Shown piece by piece: positions 11,886-24,500 of a DNA stretch of 64,000 nucleotides (position 1 is the first letter of the stretch; every line of letters starts with the position of its first letter). Below the pieces are notes generated by a model that saw only the letters and a list, made by a program, of their open reading frames with translations, ran no database searches and was not told the DNA's origin. The position numbers were made by a program, and so were the translations under genes. Source of the stretch: Macrostomum lignano. Lineage: Eukaryota. The stretch is from the NCBI GenBank assembly GCA_002269645.1, contig NIVC01002080.1, positions 124,001-188,000 on the forward strand, in the 5' to 3' direction.

Positions 11886-13321
11886 AGCTATTCTAGTATC
11901 TGTGCATTGAACCAAACGCATGCTAGCTAATTTTCATGTTATCGCCCAAAGTACGGATAGTAAGTAAGAAATCGTAAATTTACTATTATAGACTTGTTAA
12001 TTAATGGCTGGGCCAATTTGGATGATGCATTTTAAAGCAACGCGTCCTTGTGGTCATTGTGGCAGATCAAGAAACTTTTATAGCAAATAGTTACGAGTCT
12101 TTACAGCTCCTCTATCAGCTGCCCTTTTTGCGACCAGTTCGGTGCAATTATAACAAAATATGTCATGATTCGCTTTTATTTTGTTCCGATTATGACGAAA
12201 AACCCGATAATTTGTCTTCCACAAATTCTTGCAAGCAATCATTCATTTATATTCTTTATTTGTTTTTTGAACTTTTATTTGAGTAAGTAAAATGAACTTG
12301 GCAAGTTTTGCATTTGGTATTAGCCGCCCACTTACATGTATATTAGCTTGTATATGTACTTCAATTTAGTTTTTTGTTGTTGTTGAAAGTCAATTTTTCC
12401 CTATGCAAAAGTCAGTACAGGGCAGTCTGCTCTTTTTCTGTAATTTTTTGGTAGCTATGATCTTTTCCATATTGATTATAATCGTTATAATATATTTTCT
12501 GGGATTGTGACGATTAACCGGCAGACTCGAAATTAACTGACGAAGACAACTACAGCAGAGGCAAATTTTTTTAGCGGTAGCACTTGATGATTTAATAGAG
12601 ATGGGTCAGAGTATTTGCTGAATCCGTAAGGAATGCACTGGGCGGCTACGCAACAATAAGATAGATGATAGATGATAGAGCGAGCGAGTCGATGAGCCTG
12701 AGGCAATGGCGACGATGTGATGGCAGTGATCGTGTTGTGGCGGTACTCGTATCGAGAACCCTTTACAGACGGTAGTGGTGGCGTGATCGAGCATTGACGG
12801 TGGCGGTGGCGTGACTGAGACTTGGCAGAGGCGTGGTTTAGAACTGGCGGAGCGAGGCGGAGAGACAAGACGGGTAAACAAGCAAACAAGGGTTGAAAAA
12901 CAAGGGTTGGAAAACAAGGGTCTAACCCCGGGCGCCCCAGCCAGACAGGACTGATAAAGAGCGGGCTGGGGGTGGGTGCGCGAGGAGAGCTTAATTTCAG
13001 GCTAGCATAATTTATGCGCGGCTTTTCTATTGGCCGGCGAGAAAAACCAACTTGAAAACAGAAATTATCGATCGCATTGTACATAGGCTTTACAAACGCA
13101 CGCAATATTTTTTAAAATTCTTCGGGCATTACTTTAAGCAGACGTGAGAGTACGAGACCATTAAATTAACAATATTATAGATTGGCACTGCTTTCGCTAA
13201 AACGGCCCTTGTCGGGGCTACCTCAACTGACAACGTCACAGTTTATTACACAAAAACTAGCGTAATTTTTTGCCAAGTTGCCATGTTTTTTTGTGTAGTT
13301 ACTTTTTGTTTCTTTAATTAA

Positions 13322-13620
13322 GTCAGTTAAGAGCGTCGGGATCACGACTGAAAGGTTGGAGGTTCGGTGAGCCCACTCGGAATAATTTGTGTCCTTCATC
13401 AAGATACTGAACTCTGCATTGCTTCACCCAGCTGTGTAAAATGGGTACCAGCTAGCTTGGGTAATTGAGGGTGTGTGTGGCGACCCCCCTTCCCCAGTCC
13501 TTGGACTGAACAGCCGTACATGTACATGTACGCAGTCTTCTTAGATGCGCCGAATAGCTGCGGCTGAGTTGTCGCTGTTGCACATCCGTTAAGGCAGGTG
13601 TGGTGTAATGGTGTTATTTT
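13322..13620 (+). mobile_element. SINE family 1 copy B
   Basis: tRNA-like head (TTAAGAGCGTCGGGATCACGACTGAAAGGTTGGAGGTTCG), the same CORE body and the same 3' region. Confidence 0.8.
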
Positions 13621-14094
13621 AGTTTTCAGCTGAAGAAAATATTTTTATTCAGAAAATATTTGATACATGGCAAAATTTTATTTCAAGGGCCAGATAGAAA
13701 ATCCAGCTGATGGCTGCTGGCCAGATGAGAGTAGAGGAGAGAATTGAAGAGAGCTGAGAATAAGAAACCTTGAGCGGGCCGGATCGCTATTATGAACTTT
13801 AAAAGGGTCCGAGGGCCGAATAGAGAGGCTTCGAGAGCCGAATGCCTCCCATGGGGCTGTATTTTGCTGACCCCCGTCTACAGGTTAGAATTAAAAGTCC
13901 CTGTCTTTTAAACGAGTTATTCTTCAATGGTGAAGCATTTTTCGTGGAGTTGTTTTGGAAGTCTTGTAGATGTGTTGTTGAATACTATTTTTTAGGGGGG
14001 TCGCATATGGATATCGTGAGGATCGAGGGTAGAGCCAAGAATTCTGTATGTACACATTTTTTCGAGAATTGGAAATGTTTTATACATACATATA

Positions 14095-14301
14095 GCAACC
14101 ACTCATTTTGACGCAGCAGCCGCAGGTACTCATTTTGGCACCGCAGACACTTAAGGCGCCCTGCTGAAAAAGGCGTGAAGCAAAATTATTGATTTCCACA
14201 ACAAGGTGCAAGGTGAGTGACAAAGCACAGCATGTCCCCCATATAGCTTCTACTGGGGGGATCACACTCCCCATGTCGCCCCCGTGGCGACGACGCATCT
14301 G
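14095..14301. mobile_element. Partial TIR-type element related to 58600-59066
   Basis: Shares AGCAAAATTATTGATTTCCACAAC, GACAAAGCA..GCATGTCCC..TAGCTTCTAC..GGGGGA and two ACTCATTTTG motifs with the 58.6-59.1 kb copy. Confidence 0.65.
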
Positions 14302-15453
14302 TTCTTTATCTGCACACATCAATTGTGTTAGTCCACCACTGTAAATACATTTTTACATGTATGTATGCATATGCATGTAAACAATAGTATGAAAAACAAA
14401 ACCAAGAAGCTCATGAAAATTCTCAGCTGTAATGTTTCTGTTTGTTTTTCTACGTGCATTTAGCTGAATAGCAAATTACTTTAAAACAAAAGTTCTACGT
14501 GTATCATTTTTCATGCCCTGTGCTTAAAATTAGCCATTGGCATTAAAAAGGCAACGTACAGCTCGGCTCATTGGTTTTATGAGCCAATTTTATCATTCTT
14601 AGCCCACTGTGTAACAGATGATAAAATATAGATTCATAAAACCAAAGATTCAAGCTGTGCCATGCATTTTTATGATTTTTAGGTACAGGAAATGCGTAGA
14701 AAAAATTACCATAATACTAATCTTCTAAACAAAAAGCTTGGTGAATATCAATAGGGCTATAAGAAAGGCAAAACATATCAGAAATGAACACCGCCCACCG
14801 GGTCTGCCTCCAATCGAAAGCAATAACAAAAATTTAATATGAAAAGTTAAATTTTTTTAACTCAGTAAGTGTAGCTATTTTAAACACTTTCTAAGAAACG
14901 TAGTTTACCGTCCTTGGTAGTCCTTAATTAACTATCGGTTAAAAAGCGACCTTAATGTGAATTATTAGATGGGGTTTGCAACCAATAATTCTAATAATTC
15001 CCGACTCCATAATGTAAACTCCAATCTATATGTTCTAAACTTCATAACGTACTATGCTTAGGAAGTATAACAAAAGCATAATTATTTGTAAAATTGTCAT
15101 GACTATCTTGAAAAATATACAAACACTTTTAGCACAGTGTTTTTAATTTTTGCTTTTGTATGTTTTTTTTACTTTAAGAAAATTAAAATACCAGTTTCTT
15201 AGTCCGGACACGAACCAGATCGTCGGCCAGTCCAGTGTAGGCCTACAACTAGCGCAAAAATTGCTTGAGCTACTTTTTCTAACTAGGTCCTTTAGACTCG
15301 CTACTAGAAGATATAGAAATAGCCTCTTCGCGTGAAAATGTTTCGTGATTTAGGCTAAAGCCAAGGGTTATTTACAATGCCATCATAGAGAGACCGATGT
15401 TCAAAGAAATGAACAATTAAAGTTGGTGATCACACGAAATTCGGCCTTATTTG

Positions 15454-17200
15454 CAGGGTTCCCGCGCCCTCCCTTATCTTTTTTATCTCCTTTATTTGGC
15501 AAACCTCCTTTATTTCCTTTATCTCCTTTATTTGGAAGATTTTTGGGACTTTCTCCTTTATTTTAGCCACTTTAGCTCCTAGGATTTTTAGCACACAATA
15601 CATAGGCCTACTTAATATATTATTAGGCCTAGGCCTAGTTTAGGGTCCTTTTAAATAATAATTTTTAAGAAGACTTTTCCATTGCTTTTTATTATTTTCC
15701 CTAGACAATTTTATGTAGAAAAATAGTTTGTAAGTCTCAACAAAATGGTTTGTATATATGATATGATTAGGCCCTATGACATTAGGTCTAGTTAGGCCTA
15801 CTAGGCCTAATTGAACAAACTTTAAAGCATCAATCCTAGCCATTCCTAGGTTAGCCACAATATTAAATATGTGGAACTGTAGAGTTGGAGATATATAAGT
15901 TCCTCTCATAAGGTTGCAAATTGGCCAGAAGGATGACCTGACCAAAGCAGTCAACAAATAGGCCACAGAATGAAACAACCATGAGAATACTATGTCCTAA
16001 AAACTGGCTTTTGAAGCAGGGGTTGGCAGGGCAATGTTGCAGTTTGTTTTGCATAATTATTTTTACTTTTGAATATGTGCCAATGTGTCATGGAGGGTTT
16101 AAATTTGTGCTAAATTGTCATGCCATGTCATCCTAAAAGGCCATAGACATTTTTAGGCAACAAGGCAAGTTTTAGTGAGAGGTGAAGGTGAAGAACCATG
16201 CCATTATCAACCACTGTTTGCACTTTGTCAACCCTCAAGATGTGACGGTTTATACAAACTCAATCAAAGGTACATAGGCATATACTAAGTACAAATTTCA
16301 GATCAATGCATGGCACATCCAATGCTCTCTTTGAAAGTGATCTTGAAGAGTTCCTCTGGTGTCACATGTACCCTACCAATGTCTTTAGTGCAGTGCTGTA
16401 TTGGATTGCCGATTATTATCCCCTGTGAGGATTTGAGTTCTGAGACTTAGAGAAAGTTAAGAGAAAAAAGAAGAAAGAGAATAAAGGAGATATAGAGGCA
16501 AAGGGGATAGATAAGGAAATAGAAGAAAAGAGGGGAGAGATGAAAGGAAAGATGAGAGAGGTGAGAGAAAAAAGAAAAGATGAGAGAGCTGAGAGAAGAA
16601 AGGAAAGATGAAAGAGCTAAGAGAAGAAAGGAAAGATAAGAGAGCAGAGAAAAAAGAGGAAAGAATAGAGAAAAAGTGGAGATGAGCAAGATGAGAAAGG
16701 AGAGTAGAGAGGACTGGAGAAAGGGAAAAAGAGAGAAAAGACAATAGGAGAAAGAGAGGAGAGGAGACAAAAGAGGAGATAGAAGTTTCAGAACACCCAA
16801 GGGACATAGAAAGATGCAGAGAAGCAAGAGGCTAGAGTTTGATTATACAGGCCTTGGATAGACATTGCCTGTCATTCTATGGCAACACCAACCAAGAAAA
16901 TCAATATACCCTCAAATCTTAATTTAGCAAAAATTTACTCTCATTTTTATTAACCTCTATTCTAACTATTAACAAGTTTTATTGGAGTATGACTTCAGAT
17001 TTGAAAATATTGTTCCAGGGATTAAAACTCAGTGGGTTCAAAATCTGCAGGTTATAACAGTTTGTTAAAGTATAAATGTAACAAACAAGTGATCTATATT
17101 TAGGTCTATATTTTTATGTTACCAAATTAAATCTCCTTTATTTTGGCATTAGTCAAACAGTCTCCTTTATTTTACTTGCTCAAAATGTGTAGGCACCCTA
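15454..17200. mobile_element. Non-autonomous hAT-like element (about 1.75 kb), CpG-stripped, containing a GA-rich tract
   Basis: Left end CAGGGTTCCCGCGC; the right end reverse-complements to TAGGGTGCCTACAC. The subterminal motif TCTCCTTTATTT is repeated near both ends (about 15485, 15522, 15552, 17130, 17161). TATTTG flanks both sides. Confidence 0.55.
16445..16830 (+). repeat. Purine-only (GA-rich) low-complexity tract
   Basis: About 385 bp almost entirely A/G. The minus-strand S/L/F ORFs are artefacts. Confidence 0.9.
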
Positions 17201-18544
17201 TATTTGATGACTATAAACATACTGACTCAAACAGCAATAAAGCTTTGTCCTATATTTTAATAGGACTCCAGCGATTTTCCAATGTTATTTTTAATATTTA
17301 GGGGCCTAGCCTAGTTTATTCTATTTAATAAGTCCCATTTGTCTGAATTATAATATACAACACATTACTCATTATCCTTACTTTTGAAAATTGGACTATT
17401 GAAAAGTTGAAAAGGTTACAAAACTTTTATTCTTTTTGTATCTTTAATTTTCAACATTTTTGTAATACAAGTGTATTTGCCCATTGCCATTACTAGGCCT
17501 ATTTATTAGAATTAGGCACTGCTGTGATCATTTTTGCTTTAAAAAATTTAGTTTCTTTATTAGGTATAAAAATAATATTTTTAAAATAACTATTTTGGCA
17601 ATCTTTTACTAATTTACTTTGCTGCATTAAATTATTTTCACATAAAAAATAGTAGAATACAAAGTCATTAGTCATTAGAGTGTCAATAGTAATGCCTTAC
17701 TCAGTGCAAAAAGTTCCGAAACACTTTAACATAGTAAAGTAAAAGATTGCCACTATTTACTTAACTAATTTCTTTGTGAAAATATTATTTTTAACTTTTC
17801 AATCTCTTATCTATTGATATTAATAAATCTAAAAATAGGTCTAAGCCAAACCCTTTGAAAAAATACCTTTAAAGTCAGCCTTGCCTTTAGTTTAGCTTAA
17901 TTATAAAGTATGTGGAAGGAAAAATATTGTAAAAAGTTTTTTTACCATTTTTCTATAACCTATATTAGTTTTTTTAAAACCTAAAATACCAAAAGGGATA
18001 TAGACATAGTACTAATTAGATGCTAAGGCATTTAGCCTTAATAAGATAGTCATAGTTACTCTTGCCATTTATCTAAAATTGTGTCAATTTTTATTTTGGG
18101 TTTCTTTCATAGGTGAGTCACATTTTTGGTCAAAAAGTAAGTTGCATGGCCAGTGTAAATCAGGGGGTTGCGCATGTATGTAAGCCTTTAGGCTAAAGAT
18201 CTTAGCCTTTTAACTCCTAAAAAGATCAGACAAAATCTTAATATAGAAGTAAGCTTAAGTTAGTTTTTCTTTAGTCTAAGTAACAATAAATTAGGCTAAA
18301 TTTGCAATAGGACTAAACAATAGAAAAAAGAAGCCACTTTTTGTTTTTGTATTATTATTATTTACAATTTGCATTAACTCACATATACTTATTCATTTTT
18401 TAAGTCAAGTTAACTTCTTTGAATAATCCTTTTCAGGACTGCCTTGTTTGTCATCCTGGCTATTGCCACTAAAAACAGGCCTATGCAAATTTGAAACTAT
18501 ATAACCTTTATAGCTTTATCACCTAGTGCTGCTTCATCAATAAA

Positions 18545-21500
18545 ATGCAGCCATATTTAGGTACCAGCCAATCTAATGGCACTTGTGCCACTTCATTAAG
18601 TGGACCAACTTCTAATAGTAGTGCTATGGACGAGCAGCAAATGGACCTGCTGCTAAGTGTTATCAATGACCAGCAGCAGCAGCCGCAGACTCCGCAGTCT
18701 CAACAGTCCAGCCTTAATGGCGTCCAAGCGGCAAGTCCAGTGCAGCAGCAGCAGCAGCAACAGCAACAGTCTCAGCAGTCATTGCTTCAGCAAGCTCACC
18801 AATCTGAGCAGCCTGTTGTTAGCAATTCCACCTTAACCAATCTGCTGCAGCAAATTCTTCAGCAACAACAGCAGCAGCAGCAGCAGCAGCAGCCAGCTTT
18901 GTCACTGCAGCCGGCCACTGCCAGTCAGCTGGCTTACGCCTGCGGCGGCTCTTCAGACTTGAGCAACCTGTTGCAGGCTTTGGCTAGCCAGACTGCTCAA
19001 ATGCAGTCGGTTATTTTAGCTTTGTTAAAGCAACAGCATCAGCAACAGCAGCAGCAGCAGCAGCAACAGGTGCATCTGCTTCAGCCTCAGCGTCTCGTTC
19101 CAGCAGCCAACGATAGCTTTTTGAAAACCCTGATCGCCGAACTGGAGGTCAAGGCCGAGCCTCCTGAACAGCAGCGCCAATTGACGCCTTCCACTGTGTC
19201 AGCCTCTCTGCCTGCCAGCTCGACTCTCCGGTCAATCCTAACAGACTCTTCTACCTCAGCCGCTATCGGCCGCTATGCTGCACCGCCAGCTGCTTTGAAT
19301 CTCTGGCAGCATCAGCAGCAGCCTGCCGAACAGCAAATGCAGCAACAACAGCTTCCATCTGCAGATCAGCTGATATCTCTCTCTAGAGAAGGTGAGAAGT
19401 ATTGTTTGTGCTGTTGGCGAATGGGTTTTACAATGCATATTTTTTGCCACGCACTGGCCCAATCAAATGACTTCCTGGCCACTCGTGTTAGGGTATAAGT
19501 TGAAGTTCATGTGTCAGGGTTTAGGTTAGGGCTCATGTTAGGGTTTAGGTTAGGGCTCAAGTGTTAGAGTTTAGGTTAAGGTTCTTACGTTAATGTTTAG
19601 GTTGGAGTTTAGGTTGGGGTTTAGTTTAGGCTTTTTGTGTTGAGGTTTAGGTTAGAGTTAGGGTTAGGACTCTTGTGTTAGGGTTTAGATTTAGGTTAGG
19701 GTCGGCAGTCGTGGGCAATGCACATTAAGACTTAACCAGATCAAACGCGAATGATATTTAAACTGAATATAAATATATTTTAGCGCAACCGTCCCAGTGT
19801 CTTGTGGCGCCAGTAGCTTCATCGTCTTCGTCTGCACCGCCTCCGGATGTCGTCGGCGCCACCGGCGGCGGTAGCAGCAGCGGCGGCGGCGGCGGCAACT
19901 ACAAGTACAAGCGTGCCCGCGTCTCCGACACTGCCATGTCGTCCTCGTCATCGCCGGCCAGCTCCTCGTGCACGTCGCCCGCCCGAAGCCGGTCGCCAAT
20001 AACCGTGGTGGATTCGGACACCCAGTTGTCAAGTATTAGACGCGACTGCGGCGAGTTGTTCCTCGGATCGGCATCCGAGGACGAGCCCGGCATTCTGTCT
20101 GGCGAAGCGTCCAGTCTGCGGTCTGAATTGCTGAAGCGACGGAACTCCGCTGCCGCCGCGGCCGCTGCTGCCGCTGCCGCTTCGGGCTCCAGCTTCGGTG
20201 GCGGCCAAGACAGGCAGGCTTCGTCTATTGAATACGGCAGCGTGTCCAGGTTGGCTGCTCTTGCATATAGTGCTTAATCCTTGCTACTGTTTTTTGATTG
20301 AAGTACTTGCTGGGCCAGCCTCCCAGATCCCTCAGTTGCTGGGCCAGCCTCTCAGATCCTCAGTTGCTGGGCCAGCCTCCCAGATCCCTCAGTTGCTGGG
20401 CCAGCCTCCCAGATCCCACAGTTGCTGGGCCAGCCTCTCAGATCCTCAGTTGCTGGGCCAGCCTCCCAGATCCTCAGTAGTTGCTGGGCCAGCCTCTCAG
20501 ATACTCAGTTGCTGGGCCAGCCTCCCAGATCCTCAGTTGCTGGACCAGCCTCCCAGATCCTCTGTAGTTGCTGGGCCAGCCTCTCAGATCCTCAGTTTCT
20601 GGGCCAGCCTCCCAGATCCTCAGTTGCTGGGCCAGCCTCCCAGATCCTCAGTTGCTGGGCCAGCCTCCCAGATCCTCAGTTGCTGGGCCAGCCTCCCAGA
20701 GTTCCTCTGTTGCTGGGCCAGCCTTCCAAATCCTCAGTTGCTGGTCCAGCCTCCCAGATCCTCAGTTGCTGGGCCACTCATCCTCTCAGATCCTCAGTTG
20801 CTGGGCTAGCCTCCCAGATCCTAAGTTGCTGGACCACCCTCCCCAGTTGCTGGGCCAAGAGCAAAACCAGATTAAAACAAATTTTATCCTATATTTTTTT
20901 GCCCTTCCTAACCTAATCTCCGCATTCTATTAATAAGCCAAATTCAAATTTACTCAACCGTGTCACAATTGAAAACAGCCTCACTTAATCCGAATCTCCA
21001 CCCGTATCGCAGCTGCAGGTCAGACGAGGTTACCTCTTCCCCTGCATCGGTGCACACGAACTTTTCTGGCGACGCAGGCAGCGATCGGCGCCGGTCTGGC
21101 AAGCCCAGCCTATTCAACTGCTATCCGAGGAAGCACGGCCCATTCGAACTGCTAATTGTCTCCCAGCCCGAGCAGCACCACCGGGCTCGGTACATGACCG
21201 AAGGCTCGCGCGGCTCGGTTAAGGATCGGTCGCAGCAGGGCTACCCCACTGTGCAGGTGAGCGGCTTCCTAGTAGATTCTTGGGTAGAGTTGTCCATTCT
21301 GTCATTAGCCTCAGGTAGAGCTGTCAACCCTGTCATTAGCCTCAGGTAGAGCTGTCCATCCTGTCATTAGCCTCAGGTAGAGCTGTCAACTCTGTCATTA
21401 GCCTCAGGTAGAGCTGTCAACCCTGTCATTAGCCTCAGGTAGAGCTGTCAACCCTGTCATTAGCCTCAGGTAGAGCTGTCCATCCTGTCATTAGCCTCAG

Positions 21501-24500
21501 GTAAAGCTGTCAACCCTGTCATTAGCCTCAGGTAGAGCTGTCAACCCTGTCATTAGCCTCAGGTAGAGCTGTCCATCCTGTCATTAGCCTCAGGTAAAGC
21601 TGTCAACCCTGTCATTAGCCTCAGGTAGAGCTGTCAACCCTGTCATTAGCCTCAGGTAGAGCTGTCCATCCTGTCATTAGCCTCAGGTAGAGCTGTCAAC
21701 CCTGTCATTAGCCTCAGGTAGAGCTGTCCATCCTGTCATTAGCCTCAGGTAGAGCTGTCAACCCTGTCATTAGCCTCAGGTAGAGCTGTCCATCCTGTCA
21801 TTAGCCTCAGGTAGAGCTGTCAACCCTGTCATCAACATCGGTAGACCCGTCAGATACCCTCGAGTAACCAAGCTAAACTGTTAACTGAATCTCTAAACAG
21901 ATTTAGTTTGCTGGGTGTCTGGTCTGGCCTGGAGTATGCCGTATTGTATTTTAATTTAGGAGCAACCCGTACTCACAGAACAGTTAACGGCTTGATTAGT
22001 AAGCATAACAGTGACCCTTTCTGTTATAACTTGCTATAATACCAGGGCGTAATGTATCTCGCATCAGTTAAATTGCGTATCTACTATTATCTCAGTATAA
22101 GTTGTGCTATGCCCTGCATTACACTGTACTCATTTGCGCATAGGGACAGGCTCGTAGCAAGGCCAGAACACAGCGCGCTCACGCGGCCCCTTTAACCTCT
22201 CTTCTTTAATCAGTTTAATCAGGTGTTCACGCAGGCCCCGTATGACAGTTCAAGTGTTAGTACCTGGCGTACGATCCCCGAGCGCTTTTGTCCAAGTCTA
22301 TTTGTAATAGAGAGAGAACGAAATTCGGTCGGCATGCCATTGATAAAGCGCTGTGCTGAGCTGCGGGTCTGCCTAAATTTCTACTACAATAGTTAATACG
22401 ATATGACTGGTAAAATGTGCTTTGAATAATTCTCCGAGTTCTGGTCAGTTGGCTAATTCTTTCCTGGTATAAGTATTAAAAGGGCGACCTAAACAGAAGG
22501 ACGGGAAACTTCTGAGCGCCTACAAGCGCGCCAATGCTCACACAGTGACACAGGGTGTACAGCGGTCCTGACTTTCTAATCGTCAGGCATGTACACTCTC
22601 TGGGCCTTTGGGGTTTGGCCCTCATGGCTCTGAATCGCACGACAACCCCCCCCCCCGGCTTAGTTTTCGTGCAGCTTATCAAGTGTCCATAAATTAGAAA
22701 GAAAGAGCTAGCCTTCAAATATTTTTCTAAGAAATATAAGGTTAATCCCGTCACCAATTTATCCGCTTTAAGATTATTTATATAATAGAAATTCGATTAA
22801 ATGCTTTGTTTTTTGTTAGGATTATGTTTCTGTGTCTGAAACCGGTTGTAGGTGGGTAGCGGTGGCTACGGCGAAAACTGTTGCCGATGCACTTAACCTA
22901 TTTTTAGATTGCTATATTTACTATTAGGAGTAAGAGACGGAGGGGCAGAGAGTCAGACCGGCTTGGCCCTCTGTGTGCGGCCAGTTTTCTTGCTTTTCTT
23001 GTCCTTCTGCAGATAAACCCCGACCTTGTCTTAAAGTCCTCATTTCTGACGCGCGGCAATAGATTCTCTTTTAGTTGTTGCTAGCTGCATACTAATTTTA
23101 AGATTCGCTGGCTATTTTCAACTAGTATCGTATATTATCCGGTAAACTGGGCGCCAGAATGCCAGAATGGCGCCAGTGTATATGTGGCGCCGGAATGAGC
23201 AACTGTGTGGCACCGGAATGAGTAACTGTGTGGCACCGGAATGAGCAACTGTGTGGCACCGGAATGAGCAACTGTGTGGCGCCGGAATGAGCAACTGTGT
23301 GGCACCGGAATGAGCAACTGTGTGGCACCGGAATGAGCAACTGTGTGGCACCGGAATGAGCAACTGTGTGGCGCCGGAATGTGTACATGTGTGGCGCTGG
23401 AATGAGTACATGTGTGGCGCCGGAATGTGTACATGTGTGGCGCTGGAATGAGTACATGTGTGGTGCCGGAATGAGTACATGTGTGGCGCCGGAATGAGTA
23501 CATGTGTGGCGCCGGAATGAGTACATGTGTGGCGCCAAAAGGACTGTTCTAATGACTAAACGAGTGCTATATTAGGTCACACATTGTAGGCTACCGATTT
23601 GTAGACAGTTAGCTAATTGAGAGTTATTAGCTAAGTATAATATTCTACATGTATACCATGCCTATAAATTTACGATGATCTTCTGTGTTAGAAGTTTGCG
23701 CATTTGCGGCTGGTGGCTAATCTGTGCGGTTGCGGGTGAATGCGGGGTTATAATGAGTTTGGAACTACTGCTAATGCTAGCACTTATGAGAGAGTGGTGG
23801 GGGCATGGCAGATACAGATGCGCTGGCTTTAGCTACAGCACAATGGCTCCATGTCAGGCATGTTGCCTCTCGCGGATAATATAGTTTTTTCACTTGCTTA
23901 GCTTCACTTGCTGTCGTAGCATGTATAAAAATATACCTAATATTATAGCATAGCCTAAACACTGAAGTAAGGAAAGACACTACCAATAGTGCACAAGGTA
24001 CTCTCCAGAAGAGTCTATGCACCGTTGCATCCCCTCAAACAACTTATTGAAGCAGCTGGACCACTATGAACTTGACACCCCCTTGACATGCTTGATGAAG
24101 GCCTCGACTGCAGCTTCCGGCGATGAATAACGACTGCCACGCATCTGCTTGATTTGCCGAAACACGAAGAAGTCGCACGGGGGTCAGATCTGGGCTGTAG
24201 GGTGGATGGCCGAGCTCTTGAATGCGTTTTTCAGCCAGGAATTCGACCACTTGCCTGGACGCGTGGGCTGGGGGGGTTGTCTTGATGAAGAAGCACACCT
24301 GAGCTCGAGCCTTGGGTGGCAACTAGAGAGACAAGTCAGCACTTTTGGCAAGCAGCAGTTGGTACACCAGTTGCCAGTGACTGTGCGTTGCTGCGCAAGT
24401 GGCACGGTCGCTAGATGATCAGCTTTCATCACAAAAATGGCCACCATCTGCTTTTTCCACGCTACGCTCTCGCTGCAGCTTCAATGGTGGAGCGCCTCCA

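Noticed and set aside
12533-13105. 190-aa minus-strand ORF
   Set aside because: Low-complexity S/P/R content, an alternative start, no recognisable domain or splice context; probably a repeat-derived UTR-like sequence.
13630-13710. Candidate third PAXX-like exon after SINE copy B
   Set aside because: The in-phase translation (LKKIFLFRKYLIHGKILFQGPDRKSS*) is AT-rich and shows no Ku-binding motif.
19960-20020. Calcineurin-docking PxIxIT-like word (RSPITVV) and SP repeats in NFAT exon 2
   Set aside because: The match is too poor, and the Rel domain is NFAT5-type, which is calcineurin-independent.
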